Positions 1 through 10,034 of a stretch of 64,000 nt of DNA are shown piece after piece. A program made the translations under genes and the position numbers. Origin of the DNA: an uncultured Actinomycetota bacterium (GTDB lineage Bacteria; Actinomycetota; Actinomycetes; JAFAQI01); contig CAVYQE010000001.1 in NCBI GenBank assembly GCA_963770565.1, positions 544,001-608,000 on the forward strand, read 5' to 3'. The notes beneath the pieces are model-generated. The model was not told the origin of the DNA and did no database searches. It saw only the letters and a list, made by a program, of their open reading frames with translations. Within the stretch, counting starts at the first letter, position 1. Every line of letters starts with the position of its first letter.

Positions 1-1334
1 GCCAGGTGCGGGGCAACGACGTACGGGTTGTCGGGGTCGAGGACCGCGGCTTCGACCGGCTGGCTGAAGATCGCCTCTGGGTGATGGACCAGGTAGGTGT
101 CGAGGGGGTCATCGCGCGCGACCAGGATCGCCAGCGCGTGACCGCCCCGCCGACCGGCCCGACCGGCCTGTTGCCACAGCGAGGCCCGGGTCCCCGGCCA
201 GCCGGCGATGACGACCGCGTCCAGGCCACTCACGTCCACACCTAGCTCGAGCGCGTTGGTACTCGCCATCCCGAGGATGTCGCCGCGGTGCAGCGCGCGT
301 TCGAGCGCACGCCGATCTTCCGGCAGGTAGCCGGCGCGATACGCCGCGATCCGGTCGGCGAGCTCGGGCACCGACTCCTGCAGGCTCCGCCGAGCGCCGA
401 GCGCGATCGACTCGGCGCCCCGGCGCGACCGGACGAACGCCAGCGTGCGCACACCGCTGAGGACCAGGTCGGCCAGCAGGTCGGCGGTCTCGGCGGTGGC
501 GGTACGGCGGACCGGTGCGCCGTGCTCACCGTTCAGTTCGAGGAGTGGTGGCTCCCAGAGCACCATGTCGATCGGCGCGCGCGGCGATCCGTCGTCGACG
601 ACTTCCGCCACGTCCAATGAGAGCAGAGACCGGGCGGTGGTCGCCGGATCGGCGACCGTGGCCGAGGCGAGGATGAAGACCGGCTCCGCGCCGTAGTGCG
701 CGGCGATCCGGCGCAGTCGCCGCAGGACCTGCGCGACATGGGCGCCGAACACCCCGCGATAGCCGTGGCATTCGTCGACCACGACGAAGCGCAGCCGCTT
801 GAAGAACGTCGACCAGCGCACATGGCCCGGCAGCAACGAGTGATGGGCCATGTCCGGATTGGTCAGCACGAGGTCGGCATGCCGCCGCGCCCAGTCACGC
901 TCCTCGAGCGGGGTGTCGCCGTCGAACGTCGCGGCCCGCACATCGGCGAGGCCCAGCTCGCCGATCGCCCGCAGCTGGTCACCGGCGAGCGCCTTCGTCG
1001 GCGCGAGATAGAGGGTGGTGCCCTCGCCCTGCAGCGCACAGGTGAGAGCGGGGAGCAGGTAGCCCAGCGACTTGCCCGACGCGGTCCCGGTCGCGAGTAC
1101 CACCGAGCGCCCGGACCAGGCCAGCTCGGCGGTTGTGACCTGATGGGCCCAGGGCCGCTCGACGCCCTGGGCCCGCAGGGCTTCGATCAGCTCCGGCGCC
1201 ACCCATTCGGGCCAGTCCGCGCAACGGCTCGCGCGGGCCGCGAGCCGCTCGACGTGGGTGATCCGGTCCCGATGCCGCGCGTTGCGCAGCAACAGCGTCA
1301 GGGGCGCTCGCGCCGGGCTCGCGACGGCGGTCAC
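1..1334 (-). CDS. DEAD/DEAH-box helicase (probably DUF1998/Hrq1-like family), 3' part runs off the window start
   Basis: Not in the ORF track. Manual minus-strand translation from GTG 1334 gives VTAVASPARAPL...DWPEW...RSVVLATGTASGKSLGYLLP (Walker A) and VVVDECH (motif II). Divergent from bldG as in Streptomyces. Confidence 0.9.
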   Translation of the reverse strand, partial: MTAVASPARAPLTLLLRNARHRDRITHVERLAARASRCADWPEWVAPELIEALRAQGVERPWAHQVTTAELAWSGRSVVLATGTASGKSLGYLLPALTCALQGEGTTLYLAPTKALAGDQLRAIGELGLADVRAATFDGDTPLEERDWARRHADLVLTNPDMAHHSLLPGHVRWSTFFKRLRFVVVDECHGYRGVFGAHVAQVLRRLRRIAAHYGAEPVFILASATVADPATTARSLLSLDVAEVVDDGSPRAPIDMVLWEPPLLELNGEHGAPVRRTATAETADLLADLVLSGVRTLAFVRSRRGAESIALGARRSLQESVPELADRIAAYRAGYLPEDRRALERALHRGDILGMASTNALELGVDVSGLDAVVIAGWPGTRASLWQQAGRAGRRGGHALAILVARDDPLDTYLVHHPEAIFSQPVEAAVLDPDNPYVVAPHL

Positions 1335-1544
1335 CGCGGGCTCATCGAGCCTGACTCGTCGCGCAGGTTCGAGGGAGTGATCAAGGTGGGCACGGCGTAC
1401 CCCGACCATCGCGACCATCGATCACCTTTAAGAGTGTGCCAGCGGGGTACGACTGGGCGCGCAGCGGCAATCGGTGATTGACGCGGCGTGATGGTTTGAT
1501 GGGAGGGGACCGTGAATGAGGTTTTGCCGGCCGCTGGAGGACGC

Positions 1545-1886
1545 GTGGATCTGACCCTTTCGACCAAGGTAGAAGGAGACCGCACCGTTGTTGCGGTGGG
1601 CGGGGAGATCGACGTCTACACCGCGCCGAGGCTTCGCGAGCACCTCATCGACCTGGTGTCCGGTGGCAGCTACCACCTGATCATCGACATGGAGAGCGTC
1701 GACTTTCTCGACTCCACCGGCCTCGGGGTCCTCGTCGGGGGCCTCAAGCGGGTGCGATCGCACGAGGGCTCGCTGCACCTGGTCTGCACGCAGGACCGAA
1801 TCCTGAAGATCTTCCGCATCACCGGCCTCACTAAGGTTTTCCCGATCCACGCGACCGTGGACGAAGCCCTCGCCGCTGCCGAATAG
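1545..1886 (+). CDS. bldG: Anti-sigma factor antagonist (STAS domain), BldG-like
   Basis: [13 protein letters not shown] and FLDSTGLG (phosphorylatable Ser) motifs; GTG 1545 after GGAGGA gives 113 aa. Confidence 0.9.
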   Translation: MDLTLSTKVEGDRTVVAVGGEIDVYTAPRLREHLIDLVSGGSYHLIIDMESVDFLDSTGLGVLVGGLKRVRSHEGSLHLVCTQDRILKIFRITGLTKVFPIHATVDEALAAAE

Positions 1887-1902
1887 GCCGAGGCTCCCCC
1901 CG

Positions 1903-2370
1903 ATGGCCACGGTGGACGTCAGCTTCACCCCCTTACCGGCGCACGTGCGGACGGCGCGGCTGGTGGCGCTCGCGATGGCGCGGCGCATCGGGGTGGCCGA
2001 GGACACCCTGGACGAGGTCCGGCTCGCGGTCGGCGAGGCGTGCTCGCGGGCGGTCGGCGTCCACGCCGCCCGCGCCCCGAGCACTCCGGTCACGATGCGG
2101 CTGTCCGACGATGACGGGTGTTTCACCGTGGAGGTCACCGACGCCGGGGTGCTCGACGACGACGAGGAGAGCGAGTTCGGGGCGCTCGATGCCTCGCGGC
2201 TGAGTGCCGCGGTCGTTCCCGACGGGCCACTTGATGCGCTTCCGCCGGGCTTCGGGCTGGTCGTGATCGGCGGCTTGGTCGAGCAGCTCGATGTCCACTG
2301 CGACGAGTCGGGCACCCACGTCACGATGACCTGGCCGGCGCCCGGCCCGATCGACCTGACCAGGGACTGA
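1903..2370 (+). CDS. Anti-sigma factor / HATPase_c Ser kinase (RsbW/ApgA-like)
   Basis: RLAVGEACSRAV, VTDAG and GFGLVVI motifs; directly downstream of bldG. Confidence 0.85.
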   Translation: MATVDVSFTPLPAHVRTARLVALAMARRIGVAEDTLDEVRLAVGEACSRAVGVHAARAPSTPVTMRLSDDDGCFTVEVTDAGVLDDDEESEFGALDASRLSAAVVPDGPLDALPPGFGLVVIGGLVEQLDVHCDESGTHVTMTWPAPGPIDLTRD

Positions 2371-2558
2371 CCGCACCGGCGTTTTCGGCACTCCCGCACA
2401 CCCGGCTGGCCGCTGGCGACTACACTCTCGGCGCTACAACACCGTGCCCGCTTCTAGACCCTGCCCGCTCGCACAACGCCCGCTCCTTCGACGCTGCGCT
2501 ACCGCGCCTGCATCGGGTCGGGCGCCACGTGTCGCTGACGCCGACCCGAAGGACCTCG

Positions 2559-4877
2559 ATGTCGCCGCTCGCTCTGGCCGTACCGGTTTCCGCTGTGCAT
2601 CGGACCCTCGCGGATCCCGCCTCCCTGACGAGTAAGGAACACGCCATCGTCGCGGTGATCGCGGTGATCGCGGTGTTGGCGCTCGGCGTCTCGGCGTTCT
2701 TCGCCCGGCAGGTCCTGGCCTATGACCAGGGCACCGCGAAGATGCAGGAGATTTCCAAAGCCGTGCAGGAGGGGGCGAGCGCCTACCTCCGGCGGCAGTT
2801 CAAGACCCTCGCGCCGTTCGCCGTCATCATCTTCGGCCTGCTGTTCATCCTCCCGGCCGACACCACCGGCTCGCGGATCGGGCGGTCCGCGTTCTTCCTC
2901 GTGGGCGCGGCGTTCTCGGCGTTCGTCGGCTTCTGCGGCATGACCCTGGCGACCCGGGCGAACGTCCGCACCGCAGCGGCGGCGCAGGCAAGTGGTGCCA
3001 AGGCAGCGACCAGGGTCGCCTTCCGCTCCGGCGGTACGGTCGGCATGCTCACGGTCGGGCTCGGCCTGCTGGGCGCGAGCGTGGTCACGCTGATCTTCAA
3101 CAGTCACGCGCCGCAGGTGCTCGAGGGTTTCGGCTTCGGCGCCGCCCTGCTCGCGATGTTCATGCGGGTCGGCGGCGGCATCTTCACCAAGGCCGCCGAT
3201 GTCGGCGCCGACCTGGTCGGCAAGGTCGAGCAGGGCATCCCCGAAGACGACCCGCGCAACGCCGCCACCATTGCCGACAACGTCGGTGACAACGTCGGTG
3301 ACTGTGCGGGGATGGCGGCCGACCTGTTCGAGTCGTACGCCGTGACCCTCGTCGCGTCGCTGTTGCTCGGCCAGGTCGCCTTCGGGCGGGACGGGCTGGT
3401 GCTCCCGCTGCTCATCCCGGCGGTCGGTGTCCTCACCGCCGTACTCGGGGTCTTCGTGACCGCACCGCGCGAGGGGGACCGCAACGGCCTGGTCGCGATC
3501 AACCGGGGTTTCTTCATCTCGGCAATCGCGGCGGCGATCGGCGTGGCCATCGTGGCGTTCGCCTTCCTTCCCTCGTCGTTCGCGAAGCTCGGCGTCGGCG
3601 GGGCCGAGGGCGACGTTTCCGGGCTTTCGGGCAATCCGCGGGTGATGGCCTTCCTCGCCGTCCTTGTCGGGCTCGTGCTCGCCAGCGCGATCCAGATGCT
3701 CACCGGCTACTTCACCGAGGTCGAGCGCCGGCCGGTCCAGGACATCGGCCGGGCCTCACTGACCGGCGCCGCCACGGTGATTCTCGGCGGCGTCTCGATC
3801 GGGCTGGAGTCCGCGGTCTACTCCGCCATCCTGATCGGCGGAGCGGTGTACGTCGCCTTCCTGCTCGGGCACGGCGTCGTCGTGCTCTCGCTGTTTGCGG
3901 TCGCGCTGGCCGGCACCGGCCTGCTGACCACGGTCGGCGTAATCGTCGCGATGGACACCTTCGGGCCGATCTCCGACAACGCCCAGGGTGTGGCCGAGAT
4001 GTCCGGCGACGTGACCGGCACGGGCGCCGAGGTGCTGACCGCGCTCGATGCGGTCGGCAATACGACCAAGGCGATCACCAAGGGAATCGCGATCGCGACC
4101 GCGGTGCTCGCCGCGACCGCGCTGTTCGGGTCGTTCGCGACCTCGGTCGAGGCGATCAAGGCACAGCAGTCGACCGGGTTCCACTTCGCGCTCGCGGTCG
4201 ACAAACCGAACGTTTTGTTCGGGCTGATCATCGGTGCCTCGGTGGTGTTCCTCTTCTCCGGTCTGGCAATCAGCGCGGTCGCCCGCGCCGCCGGCCGGGT
4301 GGTGATCGAGGTCCGAGACCAATTCCGGAACAACCCTGGGATCATGGACGGCACCGTCCGGCCTGACTACGCCCGGGTCGTCGACATCTGCACGAAGGAT
4401 TCGTTGCGCGAGCTCGCCACGCCCGGACTGCTCGCGGTGCTCGCGCCGATCGCCACCGGGTTCTGGCTCGGCTGGGAGCCGCTTGGCGCCTACCTCGCGG
4501 GCGCGATCGCCGCAGGTGTGTTGATGGCGATCTTCCTGGCCAACTCCGGTGGCGCCTGGGACAACGCCAAGAAGCTGGTGGAGGACGGCAACTACGGCGG
4601 CAAGGGCTCGCCGGCGCACGAGGCCACGGTGATCGGCGACACGGTCGGCGACCCGTTCAAGGACACTGCGGGCCCGGCGCTCAACCCGCTGATCAAGGTC
4701 ATGAACCTGGTCGCGTTGCTGATCGCGCCCACGGTCGTGAAGTACGGCGTACACGGACCGCACCAGAACAACGCGGTCCGGATCATCGTCGGGGTGCTGG
4801 CGCTCGGTGGCATCGTCGCCGCCGTGATCGTGAGCAAGCGCCGCCACGTCGACATGAGCAGCCCGGCGGCGACCTAG
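2559..4877 (+). CDS. hppA: Membrane-bound ion-pumping pyrophosphatase (K+-independent H+-PPase signature)
   Basis: GGGIFTKAADVGADLVGKVE, DNVGDNVGD, GNTTKA and GDTVGDPFKD motifs; many TM segments. ATG 2559 follows AAGGA (ORF track start 2529). Confidence 0.95.
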   Translation: MSPLALAVPVSAVHRTLADPASLTSKEHAIVAVIAVIAVLALGVSAFFARQVLAYDQGTAKMQEISKAVQEGASAYLRRQFKTLAPFAVIIFGLLFILPADTTGSRIGRSAFFLVGAAFSAFVGFCGMTLATRANVRTAAAAQASGAKAATRVAFRSGGTVGMLTVGLGLLGASVVTLIFNSHAPQVLEGFGFGAALLAMFMRVGGGIFTKAADVGADLVGKVEQGIPEDDPRNAATIADNVGDNVGDCAGMAADLFESYAVTLVASLLLGQVAFGRDGLVLPLLIPAVGVLTAVLGVFVTAPREGDRNGLVAINRGFFISAIAAAIGVAIVAFAFLPSSFAKLGVGGAEGDVSGLSGNPRVMAFLAVLVGLVLASAIQMLTGYFTEVERRPVQDIGRASLTGAATVILGGVSIGLESAVYSAILIGGAVYVAFLLGHGVVVLSLFAVALAGTGLLTTVGVIVAMDTFGPISDNAQGVAEMSGDVTGTGAEVLTALDAVGNTTKAITKGIAIATAVLAATALFGSFATSVEAIKAQQSTGFHFALAVDKPNVLFGLIIGASVVFLFSGLAISAVARAAGRVVIEVRDQFRNNPGIMDGTVRPDYARVVDICTKDSLRELATPGLLAVLAPIATGFWLGWEPLGAYLAGAIAAGVLMAIFLANSGGAWDNAKKLVEDGNYGGKGSPAHEATVIGDTVGDPFKDTAGPALNPLIKVMNLVALLIAPTVVKYGVHGPHQNNAVRIIVGVLALGGIVAAVIVSKRRHVDMSSPAAT

Positions 4878-5025
4878 TTCTCCCGGTCCTTGTGCGGCGG
4901 CGAACCGCCGCCGACACGCTGGAGAAACGGCCCCGGCAGCGATTATCAGCCTTGGGGTGGCGTCGGAGGACTGAAGGCGTGTATACCCTTGCGCCGGTCT
5001 GATCGACCGACGAGGAAGGACCCGC

Positions 5026-7776
5026 GTGGCAAGCGACACCGAGGTGGCTGTGGCCGACGGCGATGGTCGGCGCCGGCTCGTCATCGTCGAGTCGCCCGCC
5101 AAGGCCCGCACGATCGCGGGCTACCTCGGCAGCGGCTACATCGTCGAGTCCTCGATCGGTCACATCCGGGATCTGCCCGGTGGCGCCGGCGAGATGCCGA
5201 AGGAACAAAAGCATCTGTGGAAGACCTACGGCATCGACGTCGACCACGATTTCGAGCCGGTCTACGTGGTCAACCCGGACAAGCGCCAGCAGGTCGCGAA
5301 GCTGAAGGCCGCCCTCAAGGGCGTCGACGAGCTGTTACTCGCCACTGACGAGGACCGCGAGGGCGAGGCGATCGCCTGGCACTTGCGCGAGGTGCTGAAG
5401 CCGAAGGTCCCGGTGCACCGGATGGTCTTCCACGAGATCACGCCGTCGGCGATTGCCGACGCCGTGGCGCATCCGCGCGACATCGACCAGGCTCTCGTCG
5501 ACGCGCAGGAGACCCGCCGGATCGTGGACCGGCTCTACGGGTACGGCGTCTCGCCGGTGCTCTGGAAGAAGGTCATGCCGCGGTTGTCAGCCGGCCGGGT
5601 GCAGTCGGTCGCGACCCGGTTGCTGGTCGAGCGTGAGCGGGCCCGGATCCGGTTCCGGTCGGCCGACTATTGGGATCTGACGGCCGAGTTCGACACCGGT
5701 GTGGCGCCGGCAGTGCCGGGTGACCCGACGTCGTTCGAGGCCGGGCTGATCGCGATCGACGGGCGCCGGGTGGCGACCGGGCGCGATTTCGGCGAGGACG
5801 GTCAGCTCGTCCGCGACGTGGTTCGGCTGCTCGAGCCCGACGCGGTCGGTCTGGCCGCCCGGCTGGACGACACCGAGTTCTCGGTTCGCGCGGTAGACGA
5901 GCGGCCTTACCGCCGGTCGCCGTACCCGCCGTTCATGACCAGCACGCTGCAGCAGGAAGGCAGTCGCAAGCTGCGGCTGACCGCCCGGCTGGTCATGTCG
6001 CTCGCGCAGCGGCTGTATGAGAACGGCTACATCACCTATATGCGGACCGACTCGACCACGCTGTCGGAGACCGCGTTGACCGCGGCCCGGGCACAGGCGC
6101 GGGAGCTCTACGGCGCCGAGTACGTGCCGGACGCGCCGCGGCGCTACGAGCGCAAGGTGAAGAACGCGCAAGAGGCGCACGAGGCGATCCGGCCGGCCGG
6201 CGACTCGTTCCGGACGCCGGCGTCGCTGCGCGGCGAGCTCAGCAACGACGAATACCGGCTGTACGAGCTGATCTGGCAGCGCACGGTTGCCTCGCAGATG
6301 GCCGACGCGGTCGGCCGCTCGGTCACCGTTCGGGTCGGGGGTGCGTCGTCGAGCGGTGAGGACGTCGAGTTCTCGGCGAGCGGCAAGGTCATCACCTTTC
6401 CCGGGTTCCTGCGGGCGTACGTCGAGGAGACCGAGGACGACACCGCGGAGCGCGACGACCGGGAGACCCGGCTGCCGCAGGTCGAGCAGGCCCAGCCGCT
6501 CACCGCGAACCGGATCGAGCCCCAGTCGCACTCGACCTCACCGCCGGCCCGCTACACCGAGGCCAGCCTGGTGAAGGCGCTCGAGGAGCTGGGCATCGGT
6601 CGGCCGTCGACGTACGCCTCGATCCTCGGCACGATCCAGGACCGCGGTTACGTGTTCAAGCGCGGCACCGCGCTGGTGCCGTCGTTCACCGCCTTCGCCG
6701 TCGTCGGGCTGCTGGAACAGCACTTCGGCCAGCTGGTGGACTACGGGTTCACCGCGGCGATGGAGGACGGTCTCGACGCGATCGCCAACGGCTCCGCGCA
6801 GTCGACCCAGTGGCTGGCGAACTTCTACTTCGGTGACGAGACCTCGACCGACGCCGACCCGCATGGCCTCAAGCAGCTGGTCGGCGACCGGCTGGGCGAG
6901 ATCGACGCCCGCGAGGTCAACTCATTGCCGGTCGGCGACGCCGAGGACGGCGAGTTGGTCGTCGCCCGGGTCGGTCGCTACGGCCCGTACGTCCAGAAGG
7001 GTGAGCTGCGAGCGAGCATCCCCGATGACCTGCCGCCCGACGAGCTGACCGTCGAGCGGGCAATGTCGCTGCTCAACAAGACCAGCGACGAGCGGCTGCT
7101 CGGCCAGGACCCCGACACCGCCGAGCCGATCCTGGTGCGCAGCGGCCGCTACGGGCCATATGTCACGACGCAGCCCCTCGACGGCGGCGAGATCAGGACC
7201 GCGTCGCTGTTCAAGGACATGTCGGTCGAGTCGGTCTCGCTCGACGATGCGCTCCGGCTGCTCTCGCTGCCGCGCGCGCTCGGTGTCGATCCCGGCACTG
7301 GCGAGGAGATCACGGCTCAGAACGGGCGCTATGGACCGTACGTGAAGCGCGGCGCCGACTCACGCTCGCTGGAGAACGAGCCGGCGCTGTTCACGACGAC
7401 CCTGGCCGACGCCCTCGCGCTGTTTGCCCAGCCGAAGCCGCGGGGCCGCCGGGCTGCGGCCGCTCCGGTCCGCGAGATCGGGGCGGACCCCTCCAGCGGC
7501 AAGCCGATCGTGGCGCGCGAGGGCCGGTTCGGCCCGTACGTGACCGACGGCGAGACCAACGCCTCGCTACGCAAGGGCGACAACATCGAGTCGCTCACCG
7601 TCGACCGCGCCGCCGAGCTGCTCGCCGAGCGTCGCGCGCGGGGTCCGGCGCCGGCCAAGCGGGCCACCCGGCGGGCCCCGGCGAAGAAGACGGCGGCCCG
7701 GAAGACGGCGGCCAGGAAGACCACCGCGAAGAAGGGAACGGCCAAGAAGGCCGCGGCCAAGAAGGCGGCTGACTGA
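5026..7776 (+). CDS. topA: DNA topoisomerase I (type IA) with actinobacterial C-terminal repeats and Lys-rich tail
   Basis: LVIVESPAKA, ATDEDREGE, SAGRVQS and GYITYMRTDS (catalytic Tyr); four GR(Y/F)GPY repeats; AKK/ARK-rich tail. Confidence 0.98.
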   Translation: MASDTEVAVADGDGRRRLVIVESPAKARTIAGYLGSGYIVESSIGHIRDLPGGAGEMPKEQKHLWKTYGIDVDHDFEPVYVVNPDKRQQVAKLKAALKGVDELLLATDEDREGEAIAWHLREVLKPKVPVHRMVFHEITPSAIADAVAHPRDIDQALVDAQETRRIVDRLYGYGVSPVLWKKVMPRLSAGRVQSVATRLLVERERARIRFRSADYWDLTAEFDTGVAPAVPGDPTSFEAGLIAIDGRRVATGRDFGEDGQLVRDVVRLLEPDAVGLAARLDDTEFSVRAVDERPYRRSPYPPFMTSTLQQEGSRKLRLTARLVMSLAQRLYENGYITYMRTDSTTLSETALTAARAQARELYGAEYVPDAPRRYERKVKNAQEAHEAIRPAGDSFRTPASLRGELSNDEYRLYELIWQRTVASQMADAVGRSVTVRVGGASSSGEDVEFSASGKVITFPGFLRAYVEETEDDTAERDDRETRLPQVEQAQPLTANRIEPQSHSTSPPARYTEASLVKALEELGIGRPSTYASILGTIQDRGYVFKRGTALVPSFTAFAVVGLLEQHFGQLVDYGFTAAMEDGLDAIANGSAQSTQWLANFYFGDETSTDADPHGLKQLVGDRLGEIDAREVNSLPVGDAEDGELVVARVGRYGPYVQKGELRASIPDDLPPDELTVERAMSLLNKTSDERLLGQDPDTAEPILVRSGRYGPYVTTQPLDGGEIRTASLFKDMSVESVSLDDALRLLSLPRALGVDPGTGEEITAQNGRYGPYVKRGADSRSLENEPALFTTTLADALALFAQPKPRGRRAAAAPVREIGADPSSGKPIVAREGRFGPYVTDGETNASLRKGDNIESLTVDRAAELLAERRARGPAPAKRATRRAPAKKTAARKTAARKTTAKKGTAKKAAAKKAAD

Positions 7777-7948
7777 GCGGGTCGGCCGCGGTGTCCCGGG
7801 CGATGGCTGAGGCGACTCAATTGGCTGGCGCGGCCGACCGGATCCCTGGATACGATCGGCTCGCACATTCCCTGCTAGCGAGGAGCGGGACATTCCTCGG
7901 TCACGGCGCCTGATTCGCGATGGGGCGCACGTACGCGACCTCAGCGAG

Positions 7949-10003
7949 GTGGCGGCGGCCCCGCCGCAGGAGCTCGAGGTCCGCAGCGTCCTTGCGATCA
8001 AGCCGTTCCGCCGGCTGTGGATCTCGTTGTCGCTGTCGAGCCTCGGCGACTGGCTCGGCTTCCTGGCCACGACCGCGCTGGCGTACGAACTCAACCACTC
8101 CTACTCCGCCAAGGAGTACGCCGTCGCCGGCGTGCTGTTCGTGCGGTTGCTGCCGGCTCTACTGATCGGCCCGATCGCCGGCGCGTGGGCGGACCGGTTC
8201 AACCGGCGCACCACGATGGTGGTCACCGACATCATCCGGTTCCTGTTGTTCCTCTCCATCCCGCTCGAGCCCCATCTGTGGTGGCTGCTGGTCGCGTCGT
8301 TCCTGATCGAGTGCGCGAGCCTGTTCTGGATCCCGGCCAAGGAGGCGTCGATCCCCAACCTGGTGCCGCGCAACCAGCTGGAGTCGGCCAACCAGCTCAA
8401 CTTGGTGACGACCTATGGTTTCGGTGCGGTCGCGGCGGCGCTGTTCGCGGCGCTGGCGTTCGTCAACCGGGTGCTGGCCCACGACCTGTCGTTCTTCCGG
8501 ACCAACCCGGTCAACCTCGCGCTCTACATCGACGCAGCCACGTTCATGGTGTCGGCGCTGACGATCGTCAACCTGCACCAGATCAACAGCGTTGCGCCGA
8601 GGATCGCCGAGGACGGCGACGCCGGCGAGCAGGTCGGTCTGATCCGGTCCATCGCGCAGGGGGCCCGCTTCCTCGGCGGCCAGCGCTGGCTGAAGGGCCT
8701 GGTGCTCGGCATCTGCGGCGCGACCGGCGCCGGTGCCGCCGTGATCAGCCTGTCGCAGCGGTTTGCCCACGACCTGCAGGGTGGCGACGCGGCGTACGGC
8801 ACGTTGTTCGGAACCGTGTTCATCGGACTTGCCTCTGGCATGTTCCTCGGCCCGCGGTTGCTCGGACCGTTCCCGCGCCGGCGGGTGGTCGGGCTCGGGA
8901 TCGTCGCGTGCGGCGTGACCCTCGCGATCGAGGCGCTGGTGCCGAACCTTGCCCTCGCCATCCTGACCACCGGGATCATGGGTTTCTGGGCCGGGCTGGT
9001 CTGGGTGGTCGCGCTCACCCTGGTCGGTCTCGAGGTCAGCGACGAGCTGCGCGGCCGGACCTTCGCCTTCATCTACAACCTGATGCGGCTGGTGCTGCTG
9101 GTCATGGTGGTCGCGGCACCGACGATCGCCGGTCTGATCGGACGACATTCGCTGATCTTCGACGAGTCGCAGGTCCGTCTAGACGGCGTCACCCTGACCC
9201 TCTTCGGCGCGGGATTGCTCGCCGTTGTCCTGGGTCTGGTGTGTTATCGGCTGATGGACGACCGCCGAGACGTGCCGCTGTGGGTGGACATCGTGTCCGC
9301 GCTGCGTCGCCATCGCCCGCGGCTGGGGCGCGGCACCACAGCGGGGCTGTTCATCGCGTTCGAAGGTGGCGAGGGCGCCGGCAAGTCGACCCAGGTCCGG
9401 CGGCTGGCCAAGGGGCTGGAGGGGCTTGGCTACGAGGTCGTGGTCAGTTTCGAGCCCGGCGCGACGGCGGTCGGTGCCCGGCTGCGCGAGATCCTGCTCG
9501 ACAAGGACACCGGTGAGCTCGCGCCGATGTCCGAAGCACTCCTGTACGCCGCCGACCGCGGCCAGCACGTCACGGACGTCGTGCGGCCGGCGCTCGAGCG
9601 CGGCGCAGTCGTGATCTCCGACCGGTACGTCGACTCCTCGATCGCCTATCAAGCGGGAGGGCGGCAGCTGCCGGTCAGCGACATCCGGCGGCTGTCGACG
9701 CTGGCGACCGGCGGCCTGCGTCCGGACCTCACCATCCTGCTCGACATCCCGCCCCGGGTCGGTCTGTCCCGATTGACCGGCCCGGCGGACCGGCTCGAGT
9801 CGGAGACGGTGGAGTTCCACCAGCGGGTGCGGCGGGCGTTCCTCGATCTCGCCAGCCAGAGCCGCGAGCGCTACGTCGTGCTCGACGCGACCTTGACCGA
9901 GGACCAGATCTTCACCGTCGTGATGGCTCGGACCGCGCGGCTGTTGCCCGCCACGACCGCACGCCTCGCGGAGCGGCGGCCGCTGGCCGACGTCCGGCCG
10001 TGA
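7949..10003 (+). CDS. tmk: MFS permease - thymidylate kinase fusion
   Basis: N-terminal multi-TM MFS domain (GAWADRFNRR motif A); C-terminal FIAFEGGEGAGKST and SDRYVDSSIAYQ in one open frame. Confidence 0.93.
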   Translation: MAAAPPQELEVRSVLAIKPFRRLWISLSLSSLGDWLGFLATTALAYELNHSYSAKEYAVAGVLFVRLLPALLIGPIAGAWADRFNRRTTMVVTDIIRFLLFLSIPLEPHLWWLLVASFLIECASLFWIPAKEASIPNLVPRNQLESANQLNLVTTYGFGAVAAALFAALAFVNRVLAHDLSFFRTNPVNLALYIDAATFMVSALTIVNLHQINSVAPRIAEDGDAGEQVGLIRSIAQGARFLGGQRWLKGLVLGICGATGAGAAVISLSQRFAHDLQGGDAAYGTLFGTVFIGLASGMFLGPRLLGPFPRRRVVGLGIVACGVTLAIEALVPNLALAILTTGIMGFWAGLVWVVALTLVGLEVSDELRGRTFAFIYNLMRLVLLVMVVAAPTIAGLIGRHSLIFDESQVRLDGVTLTLFGAGLLAVVLGLVCYRLMDDRRDVPLWVDIVSALRRHRPRLGRGTTAGLFIAFEGGEGAGKSTQVRRLAKGLEGLGYEVVVSFEPGATAVGARLREILLDKDTGELAPMSEALLYAADRGQHVTDVVRPALERGAVVISDRYVDSSIAYQAGGRQLPVSDIRRLSTLATGGLRPDLTILLDIPPRVGLSRLTGPADRLESETVEFHQRVRRAFLDLASQSRERYVVLDATLTEDQIFTVVMARTARLLPATTARLAERRPLADVRP

Positions 10004-10034
10004 CTGCATCCTGCGCGGCCGGGCAGGCGGCGAC

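Noticed and set aside
7660-7773. Low-complexity AAGAAG/GCG repeats
   Set aside because: Known Lys/Ala-rich C-terminal tail of actinobacterial TopA.
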